From: Candidatus Zixiibacteriota bacterium
GTDB lineage: Bacteria > Zixibacteria > MSB-5A5 > SM1-73
DNA length: 34,789 bases
Direction of reading: 5' to 3'
Assembly: GCA_029933635.1 (NCBI GenBank)
Contig: JAOZNS010000002.1
Span: forward strand, 1 to 34,789
This document shows positions 1-8,712 of this stretch, piece by piece. Both the position numbers and the translations under genes were made by a program. Under the pieces are notes generated by a model, which was not told where the DNA came from, searched no databases, and saw only the letters and a program-made list of their open reading frames with translations. Position 1 is the stretch's first letter; every line of letters starts with the position of its first letter.

Positions 1-1206
1 ATAATTAGTCTCCATGTTTTTGAAGAAAAGCTTAACCTCGGGAGCAAACTTGCTGTCCATCAAAACCTGATAACGCCTTAAATCCACCACCTTGTCTATC
101 ACTTCAATGAAGACCGGACAGGCTTGCTGACAGGCTCCGCAGGTGGTGCAAGCCCACAACTCGTCATCGGAGACCACATTACCGGCGATAGGCGCGGCCT
201 GCTTTTCATCAGCCACCTTGCTAAGATTTTTTGCCTGACTTGTAAGATGATTTTTCAAATCTTGAAGGACCTTTTTGGGAGAAAGAGGCTTGCCCGAAAG
301 GTGGGCTGGACACTCCTTTTGGCATCTGCCACAACGGGTGCAGGCGTCGGTGTCAAGCAGTTGCTTCCAGGTGAAGTCCGGAAGTTTTGCCACCCCAAAG
401 GTTTCCTGATTTTCGATATCTGGTATGGGTTTAATCTCACCGGGAGGAGCAAGCGATCTGAAAAACTGATTCAAAGGAGAGGTGATTACATGGAGAAGTT
501 TTGAATAGCTGATATAGCCAATGAACCCAAAAGCCAAAAGCATATGGACCCACCAGAAGAGGGAGTGAAGCGATTTTAAAGCAAACCGGCTCTCTTCTGT
601 CGATGAAAACAATTTGCTTATCTCCCACCCTACAAAGGAGTATTTCTCGAAATCGGGTCGGATGATGGCAATGCGGAGTGCCTCGTTGAAAAAACCTGTT
701 AACAGAACAAGAAAGATCAAAATCAAACCAATCAGATCCTCTGCTTTGTTATCCAGCCTTTCCGGTCTGAGAACGTAACGTCGAAAAGCCAAAAGGATAA
801 CGCCAATTAGGGCTAACGATCCAAAAAGATCCAAAACGAAGGAGAAGAAAAGATAAAAACCTCCCCGGATGAAGACCTTACCAAATAGATGTTTGGCAAT
901 ATCCTCTTGGATGAAGATCAGAATGGTCCCCAAAAGGAGAATTAGAAATCCCCAGAACAAAAAAAGGTGCATAATTCCGGGGAAAGGGTCTTTGAGGATT
1001 CTTCGATGAAAGATGCCAAATGAAAAAAGAGATCCTATTCTTTTAAGGATGTGATCGGACCTGTTTTCTGGTTTACCTATTCGCCAGAGTTGGACTCGTT
1101 TGAAAAGCCCATAAACAAAGATTATTATGGTAATCAACCCCAAGCCGTAGACGGGCCACCGCACCCAGCCTCCCATATTAAAGAAGATCTCTCGTGTTAT
1201 TTCCAT
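1..1206 (-). CDS. Membrane-anchored Fe-S oxidoreductase, partial (C-terminus runs off the window start). It has a multi-TM NarI/HdrE-like N-domain followed by two 4Fe-4S motifs (HdrD/DsrK/GlcF-like). ETF-associated.
   Basis: This ORF is absent from the supplied track because it is open at the window edge. Hand translation from the ATG at 1206 stays open for 402 codons down to position 1 (MEITREIFFNMGGWVRWPVYGLGLITIIIFVYGLF...). It has several hydrophobic helices, then CTRCGRCQKECP (approx 305-345) and CTTCGACQQACP (approx 118-155). It lies 23 nt downstream of etfA on the same strand. Confidence 0.75.
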   Translation of the reverse strand, partial: MEITREIFFNMGGWVRWPVYGLGLITIIIFVYGLFKRVQLWRIGKPENRSDHILKRIGSLFSFGIFHRRILKDPFPGIMHLFLFWGFLILLLGTILIFIQEDIAKHLFGKVFIRGGFYLFFSFVLDLFGSLALIGVILLAFRRYVLRPERLDNKAEDLIGLILIFLVLLTGFFNEALRIAIIRPDFEKYSFVGWEISKLFSSTEESRFALKSLHSLFWWVHMLLAFGFIGYISYSKLLHVITSPLNQFFRSLAPPGEIKPIPDIENQETFGVAKLPDFTWKQLLDTDACTRCGRCQKECPAHLSGKPLSPKKVLQDLKNHLTSQAKNLSKVADEKQAAPIAGNVVSDDELWACTTCGACQQACPVFIEVIDKVVDLRRYQVLMDSKFAPEVKLFFKNMETNY

Positions 1207-1229
1207 CTCTTAGCTTAAAGCCGCTTTTC

Positions 1230-2228
1230 TTACGCTTCCGCTTTCAGCCTCCTGACCTCTTTGGTTAACATTGGAACCACCTTAAAAAGGTCATCAACTA
1301 TACCATAATCTGCCACCTGAAAGATGGGAGCCTCTGGATCTTTGTTTATGGCAACGATGTATTTAGATGTTCTCATTCCTGCCAAGTGTTGAATGGCGCC
1401 GGATATCCCGCAGGCTATATAGAGGTTGGGATTAACCACCTTGCCGGTCTGTCCCACCTGCCAATCATGGGGAGCAAAGCCTGAATCGACGGCTGAGCGA
1501 GAAGCACCCACTGTTGCTCCTTCTCCAAAGGCATCAGCTAACTCCTCCAGAATCTTAAAATTCTCCTTACCACCCACGCCTCTGCCACCGGAAACGATAA
1601 CTGAGGCTTCGGTCAGATCAATCTTTTCCCCCGCAGTTTTAACTATCTTTTTCAATCTGGCTTTTAAATCCTCAGGATCAACCTCCACCGATACCTTCTC
1701 AATTTCCGCCTTTTCAGAACCCCTCTCCGCTGGTGGAAGAACGTTAGGTCGCAAGCAAGCCATCTGGGGTTTTGCATTCAAGATGTTGCAGTCTACCAAA
1801 ACTTTTCCGGCAAAAATGGGTCTTTCTGCCACAAGCAAGCCTTTATCGTTAATATCTAATCCCACGCAATCCGAGGCAAGTCCGGTCTGAAGGCGCGCCG
1901 CCACTCGGGGGAAAAGATCCTTGCCCAAAGCAGTGGCTGCACCTAAAAGTATGGCTGGATGATGAACTTTGACCAGATCAACTATTGCTTTAGCATAACT
2001 TTCGTTGGAATAGCTCTGTAAAGATTCGGATTCACAAACAAAAATTTTTTGGGCACCGTAGCCATCAAGCTCTGCTGCCGGACCTTCTATATTATGACCT
2101 AAGAGCAAGGCTGATAATGACCCGCCGGTCTTCTCTGCCAGCTTTTTCCCTATACCTAAGAGCTCAAATGAGATTTTCTTTAATTTTCCTTCTTTCTGCT
2201 CAGTCACTATCCAGACATCATTTGACAT
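1230..2228 (-). CDS. etfA: Electron transfer flavoprotein, alpha subunit
   Basis: The 332-aa ORF has typical EtfA C-terminal FAD-binding sequence (VVSGGRGVG...GASRAAVD-like [27 protein letters not shown]). There is no N-terminal ferredoxin domain. It is adjacent to etfB. Confidence 0.95.
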   Translation of the reverse strand: MSNDVWIVTEQKEGKLKKISFELLGIGKKLAEKTGGSLSALLLGHNIEGPAAELDGYGAQKIFVCESESLQSYSNESYAKAIVDLVKVHHPAILLGAATALGKDLFPRVAARLQTGLASDCVGLDINDKGLLVAERPIFAGKVLVDCNILNAKPQMACLRPNVLPPAERGSEKAEIEKVSVEVDPEDLKARLKKIVKTAGEKIDLTEASVIVSGGRGVGGKENFKILEELADAFGEGATVGASRSAVDSGFAPHDWQVGQTGKVVNPNLYIACGISGAIQHLAGMRTSKYIVAINKDPEAPIFQVADYGIVDDLFKVVPMLTKEVRRLKAEA

Positions 2229-2264
2229 TTTCTATCCTTTCACTGCTATCTTTGTTATCTTAAT

Positions 2265-3059
2265 TTAAATCAATTTAGCTTCCTCTCGAAGCAACCTCAC
2301 CAGCTCAGCCGCCGCCTCAGCTGGCTCTCCTTCTATCCTTTTGCCCGCTTTCCTCTCCGGCGGAAGCCGATAATTTTTTGTCTTCAACCTGGATCCTTTT
2401 TCACCTACCTCGTCAGGACTCAGCCCGAGGGTAGCAAGGTCGATTTTTTTGATCTGCTTCCTTTTAGCCTTCATTATTCCGGGCAACGAGGCATATCTCG
2501 GTTCGTTCAAGCCCTTTTGAGCGGCTATAACTACTGGTAAAGAGGTCTCTATTATCTCCTCCACTCCCCCTTCGGTCTCCCTTCTGGCAATGGCGCTCTT
2601 TCCATCAGGGGATATCTCTAGACCCACCACCACGGAGATATAGGGAAGATTTAAAAGCTCAGCTAAACAACCAAAAACCTGAGAGCAATCCAAATCAACC
2701 GCTTGCTTACCAGTTAGGATCAAGTCGTATTTAATATCACTTATGGCCTGAGCTAAGATTTTGGCAGTGGTTAAGCTGTCCGAACCCTCGAAGGCGGGAT
2801 CGTTTAAGTGAACTCCCTCGTCTGCCCCCATGGCCAAGGCAGTCCTTATAGCCTCGCCTGCTCGATCAGGACCTAAGCTGAAGATGGTAACGGTTCCCCC
2901 AAACTTCTCCTTGATCTTCAATCCTTCCTCCACCGCATACTCATCGTAAGGATTCATCACATATTTGATCCCCTCGGTGAGAATCCCAGTTCCTTCCGGA
3001 TTTATCTTTATCTTGCTCTCCGTATCTGGCACCTGCTTCACACAAACGATTATCTCCAT
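2265..3059 (-). CDS. etfB: Electron transfer flavoprotein, beta subunit
   Basis: The N-terminus MEIIVCVKQVPD is the classic EtfB start. GGAGG lies 7 nt upstream of the ATG at 3059. The track start at 3092 would sit inside the predicted promoter, so I prefer the internal start. Confidence 0.92.
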   Translation of the reverse strand: MEIIVCVKQVPDTESKIKINPEGTGILTEGIKYVMNPYDEYAVEEGLKIKEKFGGTVTIFSLGPDRAGEAIRTALAMGADEGVHLNDPAFEGSDSLTTAKILAQAISDIKYDLILTGKQAVDLDCSQVFGCLAELLNLPYISVVVGLEISPDGKSAIARRETEGGVEEIIETSLPVVIAAQKGLNEPRYASLPGIMKAKRKQIKKIDLATLGLSPDEVGEKGSRLKTKNYRLPPERKAGKRIEGEPAEAAAELVRLLREEAKLI

Positions 3060-3077
3060 ATCAAACCTCCGAAAGTT

Positions 3078-3093
3078 TGAGAAAGTTTTCACA
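3078..3093. promoter_or_regulatory. CRP/FNR-family-like palindrome TGAGA-AAGTTT-TCACA
   Basis: It matches TGTGA-N6-TCACA at 9 of 10 positions. It lies between the predicted etfB -10 box and the start codon. Two sibling sites are at 30725 and 33953. Confidence 0.3.
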
Positions 3094-3122
3094 AAAATAA
3101 TCCATTATGCCTCCATTGTCAA
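3094..3122 (-). promoter_or_regulatory. Sigma70-type promoter for etfBA
   Basis: The minus strand reads TTGACA (3122-3117), a 17-nt spacer, then TATTTT (3099-3094). Confidence 0.5.
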
Positions 3123-3742
3123 ATAAAAAAGTCAGTGTTTGTAGATACCAAATACAAATCATACACTCTTAAGGGAAGAATAGATTAGGCAACACCCATA
3201 AGACAAAAAACTAATATTACTATCAAACAACGCAAGACCTGTGCAAGAACTATATTTGCCGAAGCCAAAAAACTCTCATGGGTTAAGGCCAGCCATCTAT
3301 AGAGGACTGGATAAAGTAACCATTTAAGCTCTTTTGACCTCCACTGTTCAAAACATCAACAAGAGGCTGGTCAAATATTATCAGGTCAAGATAACGGAGA
3401 GAGGATTGTTTCCTTTAAACAGCTTTTCTAATATTATATCTCCTATGGGCCTGTGGAAATATTCAACTCGTTGAAATTTAATGATTCAAGAATTCTATGA
3501 ATCGAGCAACAACCCCATAATTTGCGGGGTCCATAGAACCGGCTAAAGCTTGATACTCCAAAAAGACCTTTGCCGAATCAACTTTTTCAGAAAGTTCATA
3601 AATGAGATCTTTGAAAAAGTCCTTTTGTCCACAGTATCCATGGGACATGATTAGAAGCCCTACCTATGGAGGATGTAAATCATTGATTTTTCATGGCCAG
3701 ACCACTTTTTGCCACATTTTTTAGTGACCTCTTAATAAAATC

Positions 3743-3771
3743 TTGACAATAAATTGCTAAATGTTTACTCT
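3743..3771 (+). promoter_or_regulatory. Candidate sigma70-type promoter for the RibD-like reductase
   Basis: TTGACA (3743-3748), a 17-nt spacer, then TACTCT (3766-3771). It ends 36 nt before the ATG. Confidence 0.4.
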
Positions 3772-3806
3772 TCTTTTGAGAAAGCCAACGATCTTGCGCC
3801 TTTGCC

Positions 3807-4556
3807 ATGAAGAGTATCCCTATTTTAACAAAAAAAAACATTTGGGAAATTGAAAAGAGATTGGAGAAACTTGCTCAAGCAAAATACCGGAAAACCGGGC
3901 TTCCTTTTGTCATTTTGAAGTATGCTCAAACTCTGGATGGCAAAATTGCCACTCTCAGCGGAGATTCCAAATGGATCAGCGCAAGGTCATCGCTTTGTTT
4001 TGCTCATCGATTGCGCAACTTAAGCGACGCCATCCTTGTGGGGGTAAACACAATTCTGCGGGACGATCCACAGCTTACCGTTCGTCTGATCAAAGGAAAA
4101 AATCCTCAAAGGATAATAGTTGATGGGCAACTTAGAATTTCGCTGGATTGCAAGGTGCTTAAAGGGAAGGGGGCATCATCCACCATCATTGCCACCACCT
4201 CCCTTTCTGAGAGAGCAAAGGTTAAAAGGATACAGACAAGAGGTGCCAAGGTGTGGCTGATAAAGAAGGACCGGGCGAAGCAGATCTGTTTGCAGGATCT
4301 TTTGGAAAAACTGGGAGAAAATAATATCCGTTTGCTTTTAGTCGAGGGGGGCTCAAAGATAATTACTTCCTTTCTCAAAAAACGCTTAGCAGATCATCTA
4401 ATAGTGATCATCGCACCCAAGATTATAGGAGAAGGTGTAACATGTGTTAACTCCAGCACTCAGCGAAGATTCAAAAATCTGATTTTTTTATCTTCATACA
4501 GAGTTTTCAAATCTGACGATGATGTAATTGTGGAAGCTTCCCTCAAATGGTGTTGA
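3807..4556 (+). CDS. Stand-alone RibD C-terminal-type pyrimidine reductase (5-amino-6-(5-phosphoribosylamino)uracil reductase family); no deaminase domain
   Basis: The 249-aa ORF contains LPFVILKYAQTLDGKIATLSGDSKWIS...AILVGVNTILRDDPQLTVR...LLVEGGSKIITSF, which are hallmark RibD_C motifs. Confidence 0.8.
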   Translation: MKSIPILTKKNIWEIEKRLEKLAQAKYRKTGLPFVILKYAQTLDGKIATLSGDSKWISARSSLCFAHRLRNLSDAILVGVNTILRDDPQLTVRLIKGKNPQRIIVDGQLRISLDCKVLKGKGASSTIIATTSLSERAKVKRIQTRGAKVWLIKKDRAKQICLQDLLEKLGENNIRLLLVEGGSKIITSFLKKRLADHLIVIIAPKIIGEGVTCVNSSTQRRFKNLIFLSSYRVFKSDDDVIVEASLKWC

Positions 4557-4724
4557 CTGATGATTCTGACTTTCCTTAACTAAAGAGGTAGAAAGGCGAA
4601 GCTTTAAGCAACTGTAAATAGTTGAATATACACAAAATCGTCCGTCGACGACACACCCTTCCAGGGAACCCTTATATGATCCTGGTAATGACCTCACATT
4701 CTTTCCGAGCTTTCAAATAACATC

Positions 4725-4752
4725 TTGACATTTTTGAGTTTCATAGTATACT
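4725..4752 (+). promoter_or_regulatory. Sigma70-type promoter for the M23/FG-GAP gene pair
   Basis: TTGACA (4725-4730), a 16-nt spacer, then TATACT (4747-4752). This implies a leader of about 130 nt. Confidence 0.5.
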
Positions 4753-4888
4753 TAATTTTAGAGGTGAAAGATAAGGAAGCGGGCGCAAGATCTAAAACTC
4801 CACTTCAAGTAAAGGGTGAAATTAACAGCTTAACTTGTTGCCAAATATAGGATTATTAAAGTATTTTAATGCCCCTTCTATAAAGGAA

Positions 4889-6373
4889 ATGAGCAAAAAT
4901 TTGCGCAGTTTAACTCGAACCTTCGGGTTGACTCTTTTATTTTTTCTTATTTTTATTTTGGCTGCTGGTCAGGCTGAAGGCATCCGCTGGCCCTTTGACC
5001 CCGGGGACGAGTCTCTTCCATTAGGTAACAACTATGGAGAATATCAGTATTATGGTGGCTCTCCCTATCTTCATCCGGGAATAGATATCCTTAAACTTTT
5101 TGGCACCCCGGTCTATGCGGTCAAATCTGGCGTAGTTAAGGCTGTCCTGACCACCTCTGGAGATTATCACTGGCGGGTGGCTGTGGGGGATTCAGCCGGA
5201 GCTGGCTGGTGTGATGGCTGGCTTTATGCCCACCTGTATCAACCCACAATCCAGGTGCAGGTGGGCGACACGGTGGAGGTTGGCGACTATCTGGGCGATT
5301 TAGTCTATTGGCCCGTGGCTGGATTTCATCATCTTCATTTCGTTAAGATAAGAAACCACGGGGTAAGCTGGTCATCTGACTGGATGTTCATCGCCAATCC
5401 ATTAGACGAACTGGTTCCCATTGACGAGCCCGATCCTCCGGAGATTGAAAATGCCCGGGTAGGTGCCAAATTCGCCTTCTGTCAGAATAACACTCACCTA
5501 TATTTTGAACCGCAACAATCCCTGTCAGGATCGGTCGACATCATCGCAAAGATATATGATAAAATCAACCATCCAGATTGGCGGTTGATCCCATATAAGA
5601 TTGAGTACTCCATTTTCAACGACAGCGTTTCTTTTGGTCCGGTTCTTTCCTTTATTTTCACTGATACGCTCTTCTGGAATCAGAATGTTAGTGTGATCTA
5701 TCAGGATGATGAGGTGTGCCACACTCAGGGAGACTACGATTTCAGAAATTTTTACTTTATCGTCACCAACACCGATGGTGATAGCATAGTTGAAGCCTCC
5801 GATTCAGATTATGGTTGGAACACAGAAGAATTCCCTAATGGCACTTACTGGGTAAAGGTGATCGCCTTCGATAGATATGGAAATTCGGATGCGGATAGCA
5901 TGCAGGTGGAGGTGGAAAATTATTTCGAAGTCTCAGGGAAAGTGGGCTTATCCGACGATCCTCCAGACTCATCCGGAACTATAATCCAAATTTGGGAACT
6001 GGCAATATCGGATACAACCGATCAGACCGGTTTTTTCCTTTTTGAAAACATAGGTGGCGGACACTACCTCTTTCAAATAACGCATCCGGGTTATTCCAAC
6101 CTGGATACGGTGGTACATGTGACTGGAAATATCCAGATCGAGTTTACCCTGGAGGTGGAATTGTATATCCGGGGAGATGCCAATCACGACCAGGAAATAA
6201 ACTTAGGAGATGTGGTGTATCTTATAAACTATCTATTTAAGGACGGTCCACCTCCTCTACCCTTTTTCTCCGGAGATGCCAACTCAGACGGGGTGGTGGA
6301 CATATCGGATGTGGTCTATCTCATAAATTATCTTTATAGAGGAGGACCACCGCCCGAAGGAACTTGTGGCTAA
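4889..6373 (+). CDS. Secreted M23-family metallopeptidase with a beta-sandwich, a CarboxypepD_reg-like domain and a C-terminal dockerin-like module
   Basis: The ATG at 4889 follows AAAGGAA and gives a signal peptide (MSKNLRSLTRTFGLTLLFFLIFILAAGQAEG). M23 motifs HPGIDI and HHLHF are present. The C-terminus has two EF-hand-like repeats, GDANHDQEINLGDVVYLINYLF and GDANSDGVVDISDVVYLINYLY. Confidence 0.85.
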   Translation: MSKNLRSLTRTFGLTLLFFLIFILAAGQAEGIRWPFDPGDESLPLGNNYGEYQYYGGSPYLHPGIDILKLFGTPVYAVKSGVVKAVLTTSGDYHWRVAVGDSAGAGWCDGWLYAHLYQPTIQVQVGDTVEVGDYLGDLVYWPVAGFHHLHFVKIRNHGVSWSSDWMFIANPLDELVPIDEPDPPEIENARVGAKFAFCQNNTHLYFEPQQSLSGSVDIIAKIYDKINHPDWRLIPYKIEYSIFNDSVSFGPVLSFIFTDTLFWNQNVSVIYQDDEVCHTQGDYDFRNFYFIVTNTDGDSIVEASDSDYGWNTEEFPNGTYWVKVIAFDRYGNSDADSMQVEVENYFEVSGKVGLSDDPPDSSGTIIQIWELAISDTTDQTGFFLFENIGGGHYLFQITHPGYSNLDTVVHVTGNIQIEFTLEVELYIRGDANHDQEINLGDVVYLINYLFKDGPPPLPFFSGDANSDGVVDISDVVYLINYLYRGGPPPEGTCG

Positions 6374-6420
6374 AGCCAAAAGAAGTTAGAAATACCAATT
6401 CCAATTGGGAGGAAATTCCG

Positions 6421-8010
6421 ATGAAGATTCCACTGATCGGCTCTATCATGATCTTAATTTTGGGTGTGTCTGCCTCTGCAGAGATCCCTTTGGAAAAAGC
6501 TCCATTCTGGCAATCAACTGAAAGTGGCGTTTATTCTACCGGAGCCAATTGGGGAGATATTGACCGTAATGGATATATAGATCTTGCCATCTCCAATGGA
6601 AACGATATGGCAAAAGCACCCAATTACTTGTATTTCAATTATGACGGCAATCTGCAGACCACCCATGGTTGGGCTTCCTCCAACTATCAATACTCAGGAC
6701 ATTCTGCTCTAGGAGACGTGAATCAAGATGGCTACTTGGATTTTGCCGTATCCAACTACATTTCTTCTGGATGGAAAGCCTCGACCGTTCAACTTTATAT
6801 GAATATCGGTGGGACTTTGGAAACTTCACCTTCATGGCAATCTGCCGATTCCATGCACTCTTTTGCCTGTGCCTTTGGAGATGCAGATGGTGATGGTGAT
6901 CTGGATTTGGCTGTGGCTTGCGGAGAATCATACAACAGCATCTATGAACCTCAAAGAATCTATTATAACATTGGGGGAACCTTGGAGACCACCCCTTCAT
7001 GGATATCAATCGATAGCACTCCCTGTTATGATGTGGAATGGGGAGATGTGGACAACGATGGAGATTTGGACTTAGCTTTCATCAGCTCCATAGGTCCGGT
7101 GTTCGTTTATTATAATTATGGAGACTCCATCGAGAGATATGCCTCTTGGAACTCCGGGGGTTACTATGATGGCAACACCCTTAACTGGGGAGATATGGAC
7201 AACGATGGCTTTTTGGACCTAGCCGTAGCTAACAACTCTCAGCTGGGGCAACCAGGATATTTTGAAGTATACCATAATGTCGGCGGAATTCTACAAACTC
7301 CTCCTATTTGGCGATCAAATACTCAGGGTTATGGTTCCTCCGTCTCCTGGTGTGATGTGGACAACGACGGAGATAAGGATTTAGCCGCGGGCAGGTGGTG
7401 GGGATATTCTATGATTTATGAAAATATAGAGGGAACTTTGACCACCACGCCTGCCTGGAAATGTAGCTCCAACTACACTGCAGTGGTGGAGGAGATGGTA
7501 TGGGGAGATGTGGACGGTGATGGGGTATTAAGCGTGGTGGGTGAGGCTCACCCGGGTGATGGAGTGAAAAAGGTCTTCTATCTGGATCACTATCCGGCTC
7601 ATTCCTTAGAGAACGTGATAGTGGACGGAGATACCCTTCAGTTAACCGAATTTTGCTACAATTTAGCCACTGGCTGGGTTTCCGTTGCTATCGCTCCCGT
7701 CTCTGAAATCATCTTTGATTATCACTATTCGTTTAAGCCTGATTTGGCGGTCAGCAACTGGAGTGGAGCAAATATGATCTTCAAAAACGTTGCCCAAACT
7801 TATGTATGGGGAGATGCAAACGCAAGTGGCGAGGTGGAGGTGGGAGATGTAGTTTACCTGGTCAACTATCTTTATCGAGGGGGACCAGAGCCTGATCCAC
7901 CTGCATCTGGAGATCCCAACAACGATTGCGTTATCGATGTAGGTGACGTAGTTTATTTGATAAACTATCTATACCGAGACGGTCCTGCACCCTTGCAGGG
8001 ATGTGCTTGA
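6421..8010 (+). CDS. Secreted FG-GAP/VCBS 7-repeat (integrin-alpha-like beta-propeller) protein with a C-terminal dockerin-like module
   Basis: The ATG at 6421 follows GGGAGG and gives a signal peptide (MKIPLIGSIMILILGVSASAE). There are seven Ca-loop repeats (GDIDRNGYIDLA, GDVNQDGYLDFA, GDADGDGDLDLA, GDVDNDGDLDLA, GDMDNDGFLDLA, CDVDNDGDKDLA, GDVDGDGVLSV). The dockerin repeats are GDANASGEVEVGDVVYLVNYLY and GDPNNDCVIDVGDVVYLINYLY. Confidence 0.85.
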   Translation: MKIPLIGSIMILILGVSASAEIPLEKAPFWQSTESGVYSTGANWGDIDRNGYIDLAISNGNDMAKAPNYLYFNYDGNLQTTHGWASSNYQYSGHSALGDVNQDGYLDFAVSNYISSGWKASTVQLYMNIGGTLETSPSWQSADSMHSFACAFGDADGDGDLDLAVACGESYNSIYEPQRIYYNIGGTLETTPSWISIDSTPCYDVEWGDVDNDGDLDLAFISSIGPVFVYYNYGDSIERYASWNSGGYYDGNTLNWGDMDNDGFLDLAVANNSQLGQPGYFEVYHNVGGILQTPPIWRSNTQGYGSSVSWCDVDNDGDKDLAAGRWWGYSMIYENIEGTLTTTPAWKCSSNYTAVVEEMVWGDVDGDGVLSVVGEAHPGDGVKKVFYLDHYPAHSLENVIVDGDTLQLTEFCYNLATGWVSVAIAPVSEIIFDYHYSFKPDLAVSNWSGANMIFKNVAQTYVWGDANASGEVEVGDVVYLVNYLYRGGPEPDPPASGDPNNDCVIDVGDVVYLINYLYRDGPAPLQGCA

Positions 8011-8042
8011 CCTTTTCTTCAGCAGGTGACGATATGGATATG

Positions 8043-8077
8043 TAAGGGCGGAGCTTCAGCTCCGCCCTTATTTTATT
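8043..8077 (+). terminator. Intrinsic terminator after the FG-GAP gene
   Basis: TAAGGGCGGAGC-TTCA-GCTCCGCCCTTA is a 12-bp perfect stem, followed by TTTTATT. It overlaps the stop codon of the convergent small ORF. Confidence 0.8.
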
Positions 8078-8297
8078 CTGTGCTTTGAATCTGCTCTTTG
8101 TTTTCTTTCGTATCCTTTTTCACCATCGCTCCCACAAGAAGCGCAATCCCGACAATCACCAAAACCAAGGGCCACATGGTTCCAAAATCGGGAATGATGT
8201 CCAGATTTCCCAGAAGAAAGATTATTCCCAGACCTAAGGTAATCACCCCTCCGGTCACCATGCCATGGCGATTATCTTTTTTATCCTGATCGTTCAT
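8073..8297 (-). CDS. Small (74 aa) two-TM membrane protein with charged termini
   Basis: There are two clear hydrophobic helices (GGVITLGLGIIFLLGNL and MWPLVLVIVGIALLVGAMV). GGAGGAG lies upstream of the ATG. I do not recognise the family with confidence. Confidence 0.55.
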   Translation of the reverse strand: MNDQDKKDNRHGMVTGGVITLGLGIIFLLGNLDIIPDFGTMWPLVLVIVGIALLVGAMVKKDTKENKEQIQSTE

Positions 8298-8621
8298 TGG
8301 CTCCTCCGTCTATAGCACATTTTCTTTACGCCAATATGTTGGTTTTTGTTCCAAAATCCCAACAAGAAATTAAAGCGGTATCTCAGTCATCGTCCGCCCT
8401 TGTAGGGATTATTTCAGATCGAGAATTCGACTGAATTTGATCTGGTTTTTCCAACAAACTTGATTGAAAAATCATATCTGCATGACCACACACCATTTCT
8501 ATATGTAAGAAATGAAAATCCTGTCTAAGCTCATCTACCCCGGTTGGATCCTTTAAAAACTACAAATCTAAGCTCAGTATTTTCTCAGCCAAACATAAGG
8601 TAGAATGTAAGCCCCGCTTTA

Positions 8622-8651
8622 AGTGATACAGCAGTGATCACGATGTGATCA
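8622..8651. repeat. Three helically phased direct repeats wGTGATmA (candidate operator)
   Basis: The sequence is AGTGATAC-agc-AGTGATCA-cga-TGTGATCA. The GTGAT cores start at 8623, 8634 and 8645, an exact 11-nt period. The array ends 62 nt upstream of the ATG at 8713. Confidence 0.35.
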
Positions 8652-8712
8652 GGAAGTAATTGCTTCTTTTCTTCCTCCCTTTACATTTTCTTCTAAAAAC
8701 AAAGGTGAACCT

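Noticed and set aside
124-628. Track ORFs 124..504(+), 255..452(-), 437..628(-)
   Set aside because: They overlap the edge-truncated Fe-S oxidoreductase frame (1..1206, minus). That frame carries clear ferredoxin-type Cys motifs and TM helices.
3060-3092. Longer track starts: etfB 3092, M23 4835 (TTG), FG-GAP 6364, RCK_N 12620, lipA 25287, trxB 25312, porG 33916
   Set aside because: In each case an internal start has a proper SD and yields the canonical family N-terminus or a signal peptide. The extensions overlap promoters or upstream genes.
3478-3648. 56-codon minus-strand ORF in the etfB/ribD spacer
   Set aside because: It has only a weak SD-like sequence, no recognisable family, and is below the track threshold. 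I kept it as a note inside a finding, not as a called gene.
6173-7990. Four similar ~45-nt DNA segments (gatgt.gt.ta..t.ataaa.tatct.ta...) that could look like a repeat array
   Set aside because: They are the coding sequences of the dockerin EF-hand repeats inside two genes. Their spacing is irregular and they are not a CRISPR or tandem array.
8298-8712. Search for an anti-sigma (ZAS, H-x3-C-x2-C) motif or ECF-type promoter linked to the sigma-region-4 protein
   Set aside because: The CIIC motif has no His three residues upstream. I found no AAC-N16-CGT-type ECF promoter, so there is no support for a classical ECF/anti-sigma pair.
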